A stretch of DNA of 64,000 bases, from NCBI GenBank assembly GCA_964106645.2, contig OZ067041.1; one strand, given 5' to 3'. Both the position numbers and the translations under genes were made by a program. The first letter of the stretch is position 1. Every line of letters starts with the position of its first letter. Shown piece after piece: positions 37,797 through 50,689 of the stretch. The DNA is from Podarcis pityusensis (lineage: Eukaryota). The notes under the pieces were generated by a model. That model had not been told where the DNA came from and did not search any database. It saw only the letters and a list, made by a program, of their open reading frames with translations.

Positions 37797-37840
<44 letters not shown>
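37797..37840. repeat. (TTTC)n microsatellite
   Basis: Direct read. Confidence 0.95.
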
Positions 37841-37971
37841 GCAACAGATGACTGTCCCTCAGGCAATTATTTCTGTAGTATCTTTAAGACAGGAGAGTGG
37901 GGAATGTAAGTCCCAGGGCCAAATGTGGCCCTCCAACTCTTTCTGTTCCTTCCTCAGGGCTCTTTCTAAGC

Positions 37972-38107
37972 CAGGCATAAGCAAACTTGGCCCTCCAGAT
38001 GTTTTGGGACTACAACTCCCATCATCCCTAGCTAACAGGACCAGTGGTCAGAGATGATGGGAATTGTAGTCTCAAAACATCTGGAGGGCCAAGTTTGCCT
38101 ATGCCTG
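37972..38107. mobile_element. hAT MITE, apparently nested in an older hAT-like remnant starting ~37890
   Basis: Perfect 8-bp TSD TTCTAAGC (37964-37971, 38108-38115). Confidence 0.92.
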
Positions 38108-38364
38108 TTCTAAGCCATACATCCTCCTCAGGTGACACCCTCAGTAGTTCTGCTCCATGCCCTCCTCAAGTGTTTGTGCCTCACTGGAATATATCCCTGA
38201 ACTGTAACAATGCTTTTTGCTTGCCTGGATTGAGGGTGTACATGGATGTGTGTATATATAAATACATACTGAGTTTTATGTGTCTGGGATTTTAGCTTGC
38301 TATTCAAAGGTACGAGTCACATCAGGTAGTATCATTCCATGAATGGAACAACTTCCACAACTTC

Positions 38365-38508
38365 AATGGAACTCCCTCTCTCTCTTCTTCCCCCTACGCA
38401 CACAAACCTTGCGTCTCCTCCCAAATCTGCCCTGGAGGGTTGGGGGAATCCCCAAGATCAGATCTGGTGTGGAGCTGGAGGGAAGAGGGAGAGTAAAGTT
38501 CCATTGCA
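38365..38508. mobile_element. Imperfect palindromic MITE-like remnant
   Basis: CAATGGAACT...AGTTCCATTG ends; pyrimidine arm versus purine arm; CCAAATCTG/CAGATCTGG inner pair. Confidence 0.45.
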
Positions 38509-39606
38509 CTTGCAGAAATCATTCTGCCCATGCAGTGACTGAGGCTGGATCTAGACACATTTTAAAAAAACGTTTCAAGAAAATGCGCTGTAAAGCTCAT
38601 AATGGAAAATCACGTTGCCGAAGGATCAAACTCTTACAGCACCATTTGGTGTCACAGTGTTATAACGCATTTAAAATGCTTTTTTGAAACTAATGTTGCT
38701 GAGTCCTAAATTGGATACAACCCATTTATTGCTCTGCCCATGTTTTGCTTCTGGTCCAATCTGCCACTGATACGCAGTCCTCAGAAAGTTGCCCTTAGGT
38801 TGACCAACTTCTGTTTTAAAGGGTTTGAGGGGAAAACCATAGTTCAGTGGTAGAGCATCTGTCCATTGTAAACACATATCCTTCCAAACTCATTGTGGTG
38901 TAGGCCGATTTCTGCAACCATTACTGGCCATATAGGGTTTCGACAAAATTACCTCAGTAGTGAGTGAGATGCCACTGGTTGCCACTGAATGTTATTGTTA
39001 CTTTGTTTTACTGAGAGTTACAGAAAGCCAGCAGTCTCCTGACAGTGAAGCCAGGACCACCTTCAAACCTGGAACACAAAAATTATGTAGATAGCCATGT
39101 TCACCCTAAAGCTACAGCAGATGAATACCTTTATAAGGGCCAAACAACAGGTCACACAACTGTGAGCAAGCTTTCCAGTTCTCCTGAGCTCTTGCTCAGA
39201 CTGGATATTTACAAAAAGAAAGAAAAGAAAACAGGTTGGGAAGGGAAGGGGAAGAGGTAGTGTATTTTGTTAATGTTTCAAAGTCTGCTGTTTGTAGCCA
39301 TTGTGAAGATTTAATTAGGCTAGTCTCTGCTAGGCACCAAGTATGTTTCAGGTTGCACACAGGGTTGCCAAGAAACAATGAAGGAATAATGGGTGTTTTT
39401 TAGGGAAGTAGCAAGGATGCTTCTTTGGCACAGTAGCCTGTAGTGCCGCCTAAAATCTGCTAGAGGCTATAAGTTTGCACAACTCCTCTTGCACACCATC
39501 TTAATAAAATGAAGTCTCTGGGACTTGCTTGCTTTCCCCACCCTGACCGCATTTTGTTCTAACAACCAGCTTGAAAAAGTTTCCTGAACACCTCAAAAGT
39601 TGTGTA

Positions 39607-39848
39607 AAGTGGTACCTCAGGTTAAGAACTTAATTCATTCTGGAGGTCTGTTTTTAACCTGAAACTGTTCTTAACCTGAAGCACCACTTTAGCTAATGGG
39701 GCCTCCCACTGCTGCCGCGCCACCAGAGCACGATTTCTGTTCTCATCCTGAAGCAAAGTTCTTAACCCGAGGTACTATTTCTGGGTTAGCGGAGTCTGTA
39801 ACCTGAAGCGTATGTAACCTGAAGTGTATGTAACCCGAGGTACCACTG
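39607..39848 (+). mobile_element. Tc1/mariner (Tigger-like) MITE
   Basis: TIRs ...GTGGTACCTC / GAGGTACCACTG with TA on both sides. Confidence 0.9.
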
Positions 39849-40381
39849 TATAACATTGTGATGTTTCAGTCAGTCCTAACAAAACCATTACCTTACTTTT
39901 AAACTTTCCTTTTCCTTTCCTCTTCACTGCTTCCTGAGAAGTGGGCGAAGTGAAAAGAAAAATGGTTGCTTTTTCTGCATTTGTTTAATTAGCTTGTCCT
40001 GCTGGTCCTCAATCAGTGCAGCCTTTCTTATGGCAAGCAGCTGGTGTGGGTTTTTTCCTACCACTGTTTCGCTGTTAGCGACAAAGGGACTTGTGAAACC
40101 ATTTTTTAAAAAAAATAATGCTCTCTCTTGTAGATGGTATCTCCTGGGTTTGTGATAAGCAATGGCTTTGAGTCAACAAGCTGAACTACAATTCTCAAAT
40201 AGCAACTCACTCTACTGTTTTATCTTCCCCCTCCCCATGAGAAATATAAGAGTTTAGAAAACAACTCTGAGAGTTCTAAAGCAGCCATGTAATGCTTGCG
40301 CTATTATTTCTTGAGTTGTTTGCCGGTAGCCATCTTTTTAAGCTTCCTGAGGTGTTTTTCATCCCCTTTCACTTTCTTGCA

Positions 40382-40659
40382 AAGAAGAAGAAGAAGAAGA
40401 AGAAGAAGAAGAAGAAGAGGAGTTTGGATTTGATATCCCGCTTTATCACTACCCGAAGGAGTCTCAAGGCAGCTAACATTCTCCTTTCCCTTCCTCCCCC
40501 ACAACAAACAATCTGTGAGGTGAGTGGGGCTGAGAGACTTCAGAGAAGTATGACTGGCCCAAGGTCACCCAGCAGCTGCATGTGGAGGAGTGGAGACGCG
40601 AACCCGGTTCCCCAGATTACAAATCTACCGCTCTTAACCACTACACCAAACTGGCTCTC
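40382..40659 (-). mobile_element. tRNA-derived SINE with long (CTT)n tail (Squam3-like)
   Basis: Homologous to 3375 and 19112 copies. Confidence 0.88.
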
Positions 40660-41661
40660 CCTGATACAGGGAGGTTGTATCAGGTCTTTCCTTTCCCTCA
40701 GCTGAAGCAGCTGCTCCTCTTAAGGAAATGCTGCATGCCCTTGTCAGTAGCTCTGCTTTTCCACACTTTCGTTCCTTCAGAACTCACCATGTGGTGATTT
40801 ATGGCACTTGAGTTTCTCAAGTTACTGTATAACTTCCTCCTCAGAGACTTCGTTCTGTATAAAGGCCATGCTCCCATTTCCTGTGCCAAGTGCCCTTGGC
40901 ACAGGAATTCCTGAGCCATTCTCAGTGGTGAAGATGAGGTAAGATTTTCACTTAACCTCTAAGTTATATCAACATCCTCCCCATTTGACCCACTCAAAAG
41001 CTTTGGGATACTCTCTGGGGCAAATGGAATCCTAATTGGGCAAATTGCACCATCAACTGCATATAGGACAGGGGCGCCGATCAATTCAGTAACCATCCAC
41101 ACAAAGAAGTACTTTTTTTCCCATGCGCAGAGTGGAATGCTGTCTGTACCACCCATGAGGCTGGTTGCTTTTGGGGTACATCCAATACCTAAATGGAAGA
41201 AAATCCAGCCCAGGGATCTATGTGTGGAACGGCAGGCTGTGTACCTGTTGCGGCTTTTTGTGGTGCTCTCTGCCTCTCACCCTGCCATTTTCTCTCTCAC
41301 ACACACACACAAACAAACACGCAAATGCATTTCTGTCTCCATTTGTACAATAAAATGTAATATACTCTAAGCATCCTCTTCCTTCTTTCAGGCTCTTGAT
41401 AATCTGTTTGGAAAAGGAAAGGAGATTATGCCTGAGTGCTACTGTGCTTATCATGTGTACAATGTTTATATCCTGCCCTGGGTTCTTGTGGGAGTAAGGT
41501 TGGGATAAATAAAATTGCAGCAAGCTGATGTTTGACACACGTGTATAGTAAGTGTGATCAAAAGCACTGGTGCAGTTAGGGGATTTTAAATGTTGGATTT
41601 AATGGTCATACCAAGGCCCATGTCTTTAGACTGTAATGGGCATTACTTCACTGGTAAAAAT

Positions 41662-41918
41662 CAGGGGTAGGCAACCTAAGGGCGCCGGATGTGGCCCAAT
41701 CGCCTTCTCAATCCGGCCCACAGACGGTCCAGGAATCAGCGTGTTTTTACATGAGTAGAATGTGTCCTTTTATTTAAAATGCATCTCTGGGTTATTTGTG
41801 GGGCATAGGAATTCATTCATTTTTAAAAATAAAAAAAAATTCAAAATATAGTCTGGCCCCTGACATGGTCTGAGGGATGGTGGACCGGCCCACGGCTGAA
41901 AAGGGTTGCTGACCCCTG
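41662..41918. mobile_element. hAT-Charlie non-autonomous element
   Basis: CAGGGGTAGGCAACC...GGTTGCTGACCCCTG TIRs; TSD GTAAAAA(T/A); GGCCC subterminal motifs. Confidence 0.88.
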
Positions 41919-43084
41919 GTAAAAAATCATCTCTGCTGCCATTGAGCGGCCTAACTGCTCATTCTTATGATAGGCCTTTCTCCCTCAAAGCCTGCCTAAA
42001 TGACACTGCGGATTCAAAGAGTGGGATTTTGTTTGAATTTTTTTATTTATTTTATTTATTTAGTGTTGATATATAATGACAAGATTATCAAGTCTGGTAT
42101 GTGCATTATATAAGATGAACACCGTTTCCACAAAAGAGAACATTTTCTCTCTCTTTTTAATGTACATAGTAGTACCTTATTGAGAGAAGCATGTTTTTGA
42201 TGGTGTGTACCAGTTCAAACTATAGGTCAGGGATTGCACATTTGAAATTTTCATATAGATATATAGCATCAGCTCTGCATATATCCAAAATAATGAGGTG
42301 AATCAGGATGATTCAGTATAATCTTTAACATTACTGGGTTGGGTCAAATTGGAACAACACAGAACAGATCCAAAACAGATTGGGCTGCTTCCAAACACTA
42401 CAGATATGGATACAAGCCAAATCTTGCCACAGCTGCACCAGATCGATAGATAGATAGATGGGCAACTGCCTTCTCACACATATAGAGCTATCTTGTCAGG
42501 AAAAGGACTTAGCTGGGTGGGTCCTTTTCCTCTGCTTTCTGTTGGGGGAATGCTTTTATCTGGGTGAAATCCAAGCATGCCATCCTCCTTTCCTGCCACT
42601 CCTGATAGTCTGAAGTGGTCCAATCTTTTGAGAGAGATTGCATTACATGATTCTGCTGCTTTGATTCTGCTGAGTTTTGATTCTTCAGTTGTATCCAAGT
42701 GATTTTCCATTCCGGTGCTGCTTCAGCTGTTTGCCTTTCAGTTTGCTTCTTCCCTAGGGATGCATATTGCAGCATTAGCCCCAGTTCACATGTGCGTGTC
42801 AACCACTCATTGCAAGCAGCATCAAGTGATTGTTGCATGTGTGGATGCCAATTAGTCATCACAGACTGGACTTCCATGTTGCATGATGCCAACTCAAGCA
42901 GAATATTTTTTAGACAGAGAATACTGAATGATCAAGTGATGACTCAATGTGATGCTCATGTTTAAGAAGAACCCTTACATATTGTCTCCTGGTTACATAG
43001 CATCACCAAAGAATGGATGCTGCATTTCTCTCGGTCTGACTGTAAGCCCGGTTTCTAAGTTGTGCAGAGAGAGAGAGAGATTTA

Positions 43085-43277
43085 GAACTGTGGTGCTGGT
43101 GAATTGGGACTTGATTTGAGCAACCCAGGTTCAAATAACCCACAGCCATGGTCCTCACTGGGCAACCCTGAGTCAAGCAACAGCTCTCAGCTTCACCTAC
43201 CTCTCAAGCTTGTTGTGAAGGTAATGTCACTCTGAGATCCTTGGAGGAAGAGGGAATTTCAAATGTAATAAATAAAG
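43085..43277 (+). mobile_element. Old MIR/Squam3-like SINE
   Basis: CCCAGGTTCAAAT B box, CTCTCAGC...CCTACCTC...TTGTTGTG core, AATAAATAAA tail. Confidence 0.65.
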
Positions 43278-43825
43278 TTAAGCACTAATTTACCAAGGGA
43301 ACATCAGTCTGCTTTCAAATGTAAAATTTGGACTGAAAGCAGCTGCCACAAATTAAATCGCTCTGAAATTAAACCTATTCAATAGCCCTAGTTTGTTTAC
43401 AGTTGACAGTATTTGAATAATTTCTGCTCATATAAAAATGCACATATGTTTAAAACACAATATCCTGGTGTAGGGAACATTTTAAGGAACATCTGACTAA
43501 CTTTAATAACAAATATCAGTTTTTTTAAAAAACACACACAGGACTTCAGTTTTTTTCCACACGTTAAAGGCTTTATTGTTAACAATACAATCTACTTTCC
43601 TTCTTCTTCACACTATAAGGTCTTTAAACACGTGGAGCAAAAATGCCCACCCACTAAAAGCATTATTTTATTGCAAAACTATTTTCGTGTTCTTTATTTA
43701 CATAAGATATTGACTGCCATTTGTACAGACAGGCATAACAATCCACATAAAGTCTCGCAGGCACAACTTCAATATAATGAATAAAAAATGGATATCTGAA
43801 TTGTACACTAGTACAGTGTCTGCCA

Positions 43826-44649
43826 GGGACGCGGGTGGCGCTGTGGGTTAAACCACAGAGCCTAGGACTTGCCAATCAGAAGGTCGGTGGTTCGAATCCC
43901 CATGACTGGGTGAGCTCCCGTTGCTCGGCCCCTGCTCCTGCCAACCTAGCAGTTCAAAAGCACGTCAAAGTGTAAGTAGATAAATAGGTACCGCTCCGGC
44001 GGAAACGTAAACGGCGTTTCCGTGTGCTGCTCTGGTTCACCAGAAGCGGCTTAGTCATGCAGAGGAGGGCAACCAAAATGGTCAAAGGCCTGGAAATGAT
44101 GCCTTATGAGGAACGGCTAAGAGAGCTGGGCATGTTTAGCCTGGAGAAGAGGAGGATAAGGGGTGATATGATAGCCATGTTCAAATATATAAAAGGATGT
44201 CACATAGAGGAGGGAGAAAGGTTGTTTTCTGCTGCTCCAGAGAAGCGGACACGGAGCAATGGATCCAAACTACAAGAAAGAAGATTCCACCTAAACATTA
44301 GGAAGAACTTCCTGACAGTAAGAGCTGTTCGACAGTGGAATTTGCTGCCAAGGAGTGTGGTGGAGTCTCCTTCTTTGGAGGTCTTTAAGCAGAGGCTTGA
44401 CAACCATATGTCAGGAGTGCTCTGATGGTGTTTCCTGCTTGGCAGGGGGTTGGACTCGATGGCCCTTGTGGTCTCTTCCAACTCTATGATTCTATGATTC
44501 TATGATTCTATGATTCTATGATTCTATGCTGGCCACATGACCCGGAAGCTGTACGCCGGCTCCCTTGGCCAATAAAGCAAGATGAGCACCGCAACCCCAG
44601 AGTCAGTCACGACTGGACCTAATGGTCAGGGGTCCCTTTACCTTTACCT
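43826..44649 (+). mobile_element. Sauria SINE, full length, split by a CR1
   Basis: Perfect 14-bp TSD TACAGTGTCTGCCA (43812-43825, 44650-44663). Confidence 0.95.
44060..44528 (+). mobile_element. Young 5'-truncated CR1 LINE
   Basis: Uninterrupted ORF2 C-terminus ([12 protein letters not shown]...[13 protein letters not shown]), 3' UTR and perfect (ATTCTATG)n tail. Confidence 0.95.
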
Positions 44650-46228
44650 TACAGTGTCTGCCATTGTGATGAAGGGGGTGGGCTGTATATTGCAGAGTCC
44701 CCTGAGGCCAAACACATCTCTGCGTACTCCCCAGTGGAGACTTTCTACCACCAACAGAAAGAAACCTGACTCCCAGCATTCTGTCTGATGTGCTCTGAGT
44801 GTGACAAAGAGATATAATGCAGGGAACTGGCTCTATTTCAGTGCAAATGGTGGTAGTCCACACACTGTCACTTTGGTGAATGCAGATATAGCTAGATGTA
44901 GTTATTTGGGGCAAACCTTATTGGAAGAACTTGCCAAAAGGAAGTAAATAAAGTGTGTCTGTATATGTGTGTGTGAAATATTACCTCATTTTATGTCATT
45001 ATTTTTCCAAGACTAATTCCAAGTATATTAAACTCATGAAAACAATGTTCCACCCAGTTGACCAATTTAAAGAAGGCCCTGCTGGTACAAAGAAGAGTTA
45101 GAGAATATCATTAAACATGACCAGATGAGGCAGCAGGTAGCTGTAGCATTCCTTAATGAAAATTTAAAGAGAGTACATGAAAATGATATTCCTCCAATCC
45201 AAGAGAATACTAAGTTAAGGACATTCAATTACCACCAAGATCCAATTTAGCACTGAAGAAGTATTGTTTGTTGATCAGGATTTATTGCCTGAAGTGAACT
45301 GTTAGGCTGCTGACTCGCAATATAATTACTTTTTGCAGCACACCATGGCAGCACTGTTTATATTTATTTAATAGACAAGACAATATGTTCAGTGTGGGGG
45401 TTTTTCAGATTGTGCCATAAAGCATCAAAAGCCAAGGATTTTCATAAAATGAATGTGAATATCTTCTTATGCTTACGTCTCACCATTGTGCAAGAAAACC
45501 CAGAAAATCAACAGAGGTTGATGGGATGGGAATTTAGCAGCAGTCTAAACAATAAGCTGTTTTAGCAGCAAAAGTGGTCCGAAAGGAATAGCCGGGGCAT
45601 ACAAGAATGGCACTTTTTATTTTCCTAAAATGGCTTTCTCTGGCAAGGATACACCAGCATGTCATTCACTAATGTATTTTTGGTAATTTAAGCCACATCC
45701 TAAAAGTGGAATTTTTCAGAAATTTATTTTTAAAGATCCTATATTTAGGATGCTAAGAAGGACACAAGCAGGTGGGTGCGAAAGAAAGGCATTCTATCAT
45801 ATATTGCTGCAGAAGGAGGGGAAGTGACAACAACATGTGTTTTTATTTTGTACTTCTATGCTCCGAACCACCCTGAGATCTTTGGACGAAGGATGGTGTG
45901 CAAATTAAATTTTAAAAAATCAGTAATAATAATAAAAAATAAAAGTAGCTTATATTTTGTAGGGGCCGTTGTCCACACAAAGTCATAGGTTCTGAATCAG
46001 TAGCAGGACACGCTTTGCTTGAAGTATGTCCAGGCCTCCACCTCCAGCACTTTGAGCAGCAGGATAACAATCAAAGTTGATCAAACTGGACTCAGTGAGC
46101 TGTTTCAGCGTAAGGCAAGTTCATGCGCTGAGCATTCCAAATCACTTACGCAAAAGGCACCTCTAACAGAAGGCTGCTCCTGATGGGATGCTCCTGTTCA
46201 GTGTTCCAGCCAGCCATACCATCTTTCA

Positions 46229-46364
46229 GGATTGTAGAATCATGGAAGTGTAGAATTGGAAGGGAATATGAGGGTCATCAAGTCCAACCGCCCTGCAATG
46301 CAGGAATATTTTGCCCAATGCAGGGCTCGAAATTAAGAATCTTGTGCTCTACCAACTGACCTAT
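46229..46364 (-). mobile_element. SINE with tRNA-Lys-like head and CR1 tail
   Basis: Minus strand TCAGTTGGTAGAGCACAAGATTCTTAAT...TTCGAGCCC, then GGTTGGACTTGATGACC...ATGATTCTA. Confidence 0.75.
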
Positions 46365-46677
46365 GCTCAGGTCCGTTTCTCCTCTCCCCTTCCTGCTGGT
46401 TTTTTACTCCCCTTCCTGCCCCCCCCCTCCATCCGCCTTATAGATAGTGCATTCTGTAGCCACTGAGCATGCCCAATCTTCATTGGGCTGCTTTAAGCAG
46501 AAGATGCTACTCCCTTATTTATGTCCTCTAAATATTTCTTCTTCTTCTGCAAATCTAGGCGTTCCCCCAAACATTCTGAAACTTACCTGTTGGTTCCCAG
46601 GGACTCTGTTTTGGAGACATAGCCATCATAAGTCAGCATCTGAATTTGCTGTATATACACAATGCTTATTCTAAATC

Positions 46678-46679
<2 letters not shown>

Positions 46680-46717
<38 letters not shown>
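46680..46717. repeat. (CA)n microsatellite
   Basis: Direct read. Confidence 0.95.
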
Positions 46718-46721
<4 letters not shown>

Positions 46722-46732
46722 TCTGTTGCCCC

Positions 46733-46913
46733 TAGTGCTTTTTTCTTGGGGGGAATGCAGGAGTACGCATACCCCTAAACATTTGTGAATCTTTGTACTT
46801 TTGTCCATTTACCGTATTTATTTTTCCCGATTTAAACTATAAAATGGTGTTTTTCTTGAGTCAAAATGACAGTACCCCTAAACATTTTTTTTTTGAAGAA
46901 AATAAAAGCACTG
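46733..46913. mobile_element. hAT-like MITE
   Basis: AGTGCTTTT...AAAAGCACTG TIRs; internal TACCCCTAAACATTT twice; flanks GTTGCCCC/GATGCACC (6/8). Confidence 0.7.
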
Positions 46914-47140
46914 GATGCACCTGTGGTATTCTCCCCTGTGTGTGCTTCTCCATTCACTTCAGCAAAGCAGTGGACTCCCATCTACTCATCCCTTTGTGTG
47001 GGGCACTCCTCTTGCATTTAATAGAATGAGAAATCTCTTATGGGCAAGGGAAATCCATGCGTTTGCATCACAGTCTCCATAACTGATTAATTAGAGGAGA
47101 CTATTTGGAAACACCTTTAAGATCAGTGCAGCATTTTTCC

Positions 47141-47269
47141 CAGGCATAGGCAAACTTGGCTCTCCAGATGTTTTGGGACTGCAACTCCCATCATCCCTAG
47201 CTAACAGGACCAGGGATGATGGGAGTTGTAGTCCCAAAACATCTGGAGGGCCAAGTTTGCCTATGCCTG
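47141..47269. mobile_element. hAT MITE
   Basis: Perfect TIRs and 8-bp TSD ATTTTTCC (47133-47140, 47270-47277). Confidence 0.93.
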
Positions 47270-47476
47270 ATTTTTCCTATTAAATGTGTCCAATGCCTAA
47301 GTTTCAGACTCTGAACAGAGCAGTTAAAAGATCCTTGGATGGTCTACATGCTGGGGCCTCTTGTTTCATAAGAGAGTGGCATGTGTTGACCTTTAAGCCT
47401 GATCGCTCTAGTCAGAACAACTTTCTGCATGAAATAGCTAAGGAATGCATTTAGTCTGGGCTGTAGTACTGGCTAA

Positions 47477-47620
47477 TAGGGAGCTGCCTTATATTGAATC
47501 AGACCATTGGTCGATATCAGTATTACCTACACTGATTGGTAACGGGTCTCCAGGTTTTCAAAAACTTCCCCAGTCGTACCTGGAGATGCCAGAGATTCAG
47601 CCAGGGATCTTCTGCATTTA
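47477..47620 (-). mobile_element. Old tRNA-derived SINE (GGAAGCTGCCTTATA...GAGATGCCAGGGATT family)
   Basis: Related copies at ~50027-50095, ~52787-52922 and ~57718-58115. Confidence 0.6.
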
Positions 47621-47665
47621 GATGAATTTGACATCTGGCTAGGACTCCTCTTTCATACATTTATT

Positions 47666-47706
<41 letters not shown>

Positions 47707-49288
47707 TAATATATTAATATAATGAATTGATATATAATATATACCAGTTAATATTTAGATTTTCTAAGTGGTATAAACAAAAATGTTTATAAGAACAATT
47801 ATAAGAACAATTACTCCTGGAAGAGAATAAGAACAATTAAAATTCATCATACAAACCTGCTGAAATACCTGCTGAAATAAGAAAGTCTTTGTCAGGCATG
47901 CTGCATTATAGCTAAAGAATAAAAACTATTCCCCAGGCTAGCCTTTTTTAAAAAATGCTATGATGGCTACATGGCTAACTGCAATCCTATGCATATTTGC
48001 TCAGAGGTAAGCTCCATTGAGTTCAGTGACACTTACTCCCAGGATTTCTGCCTAAAACATGTTAAACAGGTCAGTAAAACCAATATTGTATCCATGGGTT
48101 GATACTGTGTTCCTTGTATCAAGTCAGATTTTCAATTATTTCCTTGTACAACAGAATGCATAGTGGCAACATATATTATCCTTAAAAAAGATCATCCTTT
48201 TCATTTGTATACCTAAGCAATTTATTCTTTAGCAGATTTTTTTATTTCAAAGAAATCACTAGCTAATGATATTTCAGACTTAAAAAAAAAAAATCCACTT
48301 ATTCACAAGCCTGTCCCTGAGGGAATTGTAGTGTGTTATCAGAAATTTTTTACCAAAGATCATTAACACATATTACAAACCAATTGAAACTGTGTATTTT
48401 CTTTGCAGATTACTTTTAACTTTAGAGCTGTTAAAAAAAGAGACATTGAGTGATTTAATTTACTTAACCTGTCTACAAATTGCTGCGATGAGCAATATTC
48501 TGATTGCATTATACCACCAAAAAGCACAGATAACTGTTGCTAATAGAGATGGGGGGGGGGGTTCCCCGATCATCCCCGATCATCCCAGAGCAGTGAAGAT
48601 CTTAGCAGAGATTAATGTTTACCTCATTATTTAGAAAATTGCATTGAAAAAGGAGCCTTTATTTGGTTGCTATATCTTAGAGAGAATAATACCACTTTGT
48701 CTTTCTTTTAACGGAGAGTTAAATTCAACAACAGTAATCAGATTAGTATTTCCTTTGAGAATATAGTTGTATGTATTTCTTTCCCAACCGCAATATGTTT
48801 ACTAGGATAAAGAGCTGATATTTGGCATGAGAAACTATTCTTTTTATATATTAAGTATCCATAGAACGTTCCTTGTGATAGATCACACTTTCTGTCTTTG
48901 AAGAACCAATTCTACATAGGTTTGTGTGATAAGGAACCATGATGTGATTCCTTAATCTACATGGCAGAGAATTCTGTGATGTATTAGAAGGCGTTAGTTT
49001 TCAGTCAGTAATGCCCTGGTGGATCAGAAACACCATCACCATGATGTCTATGTGTCTGTTTAGGATTCCTTTTCTGAGGGGAAAAAGGAGAATGAAACAG
49101 TTCAAAGTCTGGTTGATAACAACCTACAGCAGTAGGTTGTATCAGTATCAACCAATGGACACAATGTCGGTTTTAGTGATCTAGTCACAATTTTTCAACA
49201 TATATCAAAGGTTTGGTTTTTTTAATTTGGCAGCAAGGCAACAAGGAAAAGAGGAGGGAAGGCAGCCCCAAATGTGTTACAATTAAAA

Positions 49289-50020
49289 GTCTTCTTCTTC
49301 TTTGGCTATCACTCGTAGCTGAGTAAGATTGTCTTCCATAAACACGGTTTTAACAATGAGTACGTAAGTGACTTTGGAGGCCAGTTCTGGATCAACACGT
49401 CTTTCCACAGTGGAGACATTGGTTTCCAGGTGGGAATTGATCATGGTGTGGATTTGCCAAGCGTGCCTTCCTCTTAGCACGTTTCTCCCTTGCGTCCTGA
49501 GTTTGAGTGTCTTCAAAGCCTATGACACCTTTGGTAAAGGCTGTTCTCCAATTGGAGCGCTCACAGGCAAGTGTTTCCCAATTTTTGGTGTTTATACTAC
49601 ATTTTTTAAAATTTGCCTTGAGACAGTCTTTAAACCTCTTTTGTTGACCACCAGCATTACGCTTTCCATTTTTGAGTTCAGAACAGAGTAGTTGCTTTGG
49701 AAGACGATAGTCAGGCATCTGCACAACATGACCAGTCCAACGAAGTTGATGTTGAAGAATCATTGCTTCAATATTGGTGATCTTTGCTTCTTCCAGTACA
49801 CTAGTATTAGTTAGCCTGTCTTCCTAAGTGATGTGTAAATTTTTCCGGAGACACCATTGATGGGATCTTTTGAGGAGTTGGAGATGGGGTTTATAAGTGG
49901 TCCATGTTTCACAAGCATACAGTAAGGTTGGTAGTATAATAACTTTGTAAACAAGCATTTTGGTTTCCCTGTGAATGTTGCAGTTCTCAAACACTCTGCA
50001 CTTCAATCGGGAGAAAGCCA
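49289..50020 (-). mobile_element. RTE-clade LINE 3' fragment, non-Bov-B
   Basis: Encodes LPTLLYACETWT, QLRWTGHVVQMPDYRLPKQLL, KRFKDCLK and C..C...H zinc-finger residues; (GAA)n tail; in-frame stops. Confidence 0.92.
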
Positions 50021-50242
50021 CACCCTACAGGAAGCTATGTTATACCCAGTCAGATTATTTGCCCATCTGACTGGCAGCAGCCTTCCAGAGCCTCAGTCAC
50101 ATCATCTACCACTTCATCCATCTAATTAAAGATGTCTCGGCAAGTGAAGGGTGACAACTGGCCACTAAATAAGAAATGATGCAGCTGCAGGAGGAAATGA
50201 TCAACATATGTTTGCAACAGTAGCAGGAAACCTGATTTGGCA

Positions 50243-50649
50243 GGTATGCCCCACAGAGAAACCTACGGACTGCAAATAATAACATCCTCAAGGTCCCAGG
50301 CCTCAGAGAGGTTAGGCTGGCCTCAACTAGAGCCAGGGCCTTCTCGGCTGCGGCTCCAATCTGGTGGAATGCTCTGTCACAAGAGACTAGGGCCCTGCGG
50401 GACTTGACATCTTTCCGCAGGGCCTGCAAGACAGAGTTGTTCCGCCAGGCCTTTGATCAGGGCGCAGCCTGACTCCCTCCTCTGGCAACCTGCACAGAAC
50501 TTTGCTTAATTGGTTGCCATCAATTTGATTTAATTAATTTTTATAATGAAATATTTTTAGATTGTGTGATTATTTGATTTTTTGATTATTTGATTGTTGT
50601 TAGCCGCCCTGAGCCCGGCTTCGGCTGGGGAGGGCGGGATATAAATAAA

Positions 50650-50689
<40 letters not shown>
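50243..50689 (+). mobile_element. L2 LINE 3' fragment, second family
   Basis: Encodes RAFSAAAPIWWNALS...FRRACKTELFRQAF; TGTTAGCCGCCCTGAG...GGGCGGGATATAAAT and (TAT)n tail. Confidence 0.88.

Noticed and set aside
40690-40945. Acceptor (TTTCCCTCAG) and donor (GAGGTAAG) pair suggesting an exon
   Set aside because: All three plus-strand frames contain stops between them; a non-coding exon cannot be excluded.
42474-42892. Two overlapping minus-strand ORFs (78 and 127 aa) with protein-like composition
   Set aside because: No recognisable domain or splice support; a decayed retroelement is possible but I could not assign it.
46229-46364. tRNA-Lys gene
   Set aside because: Deleted variable/T-arm region and fusion to a CR1 tail show it is a SINE head.
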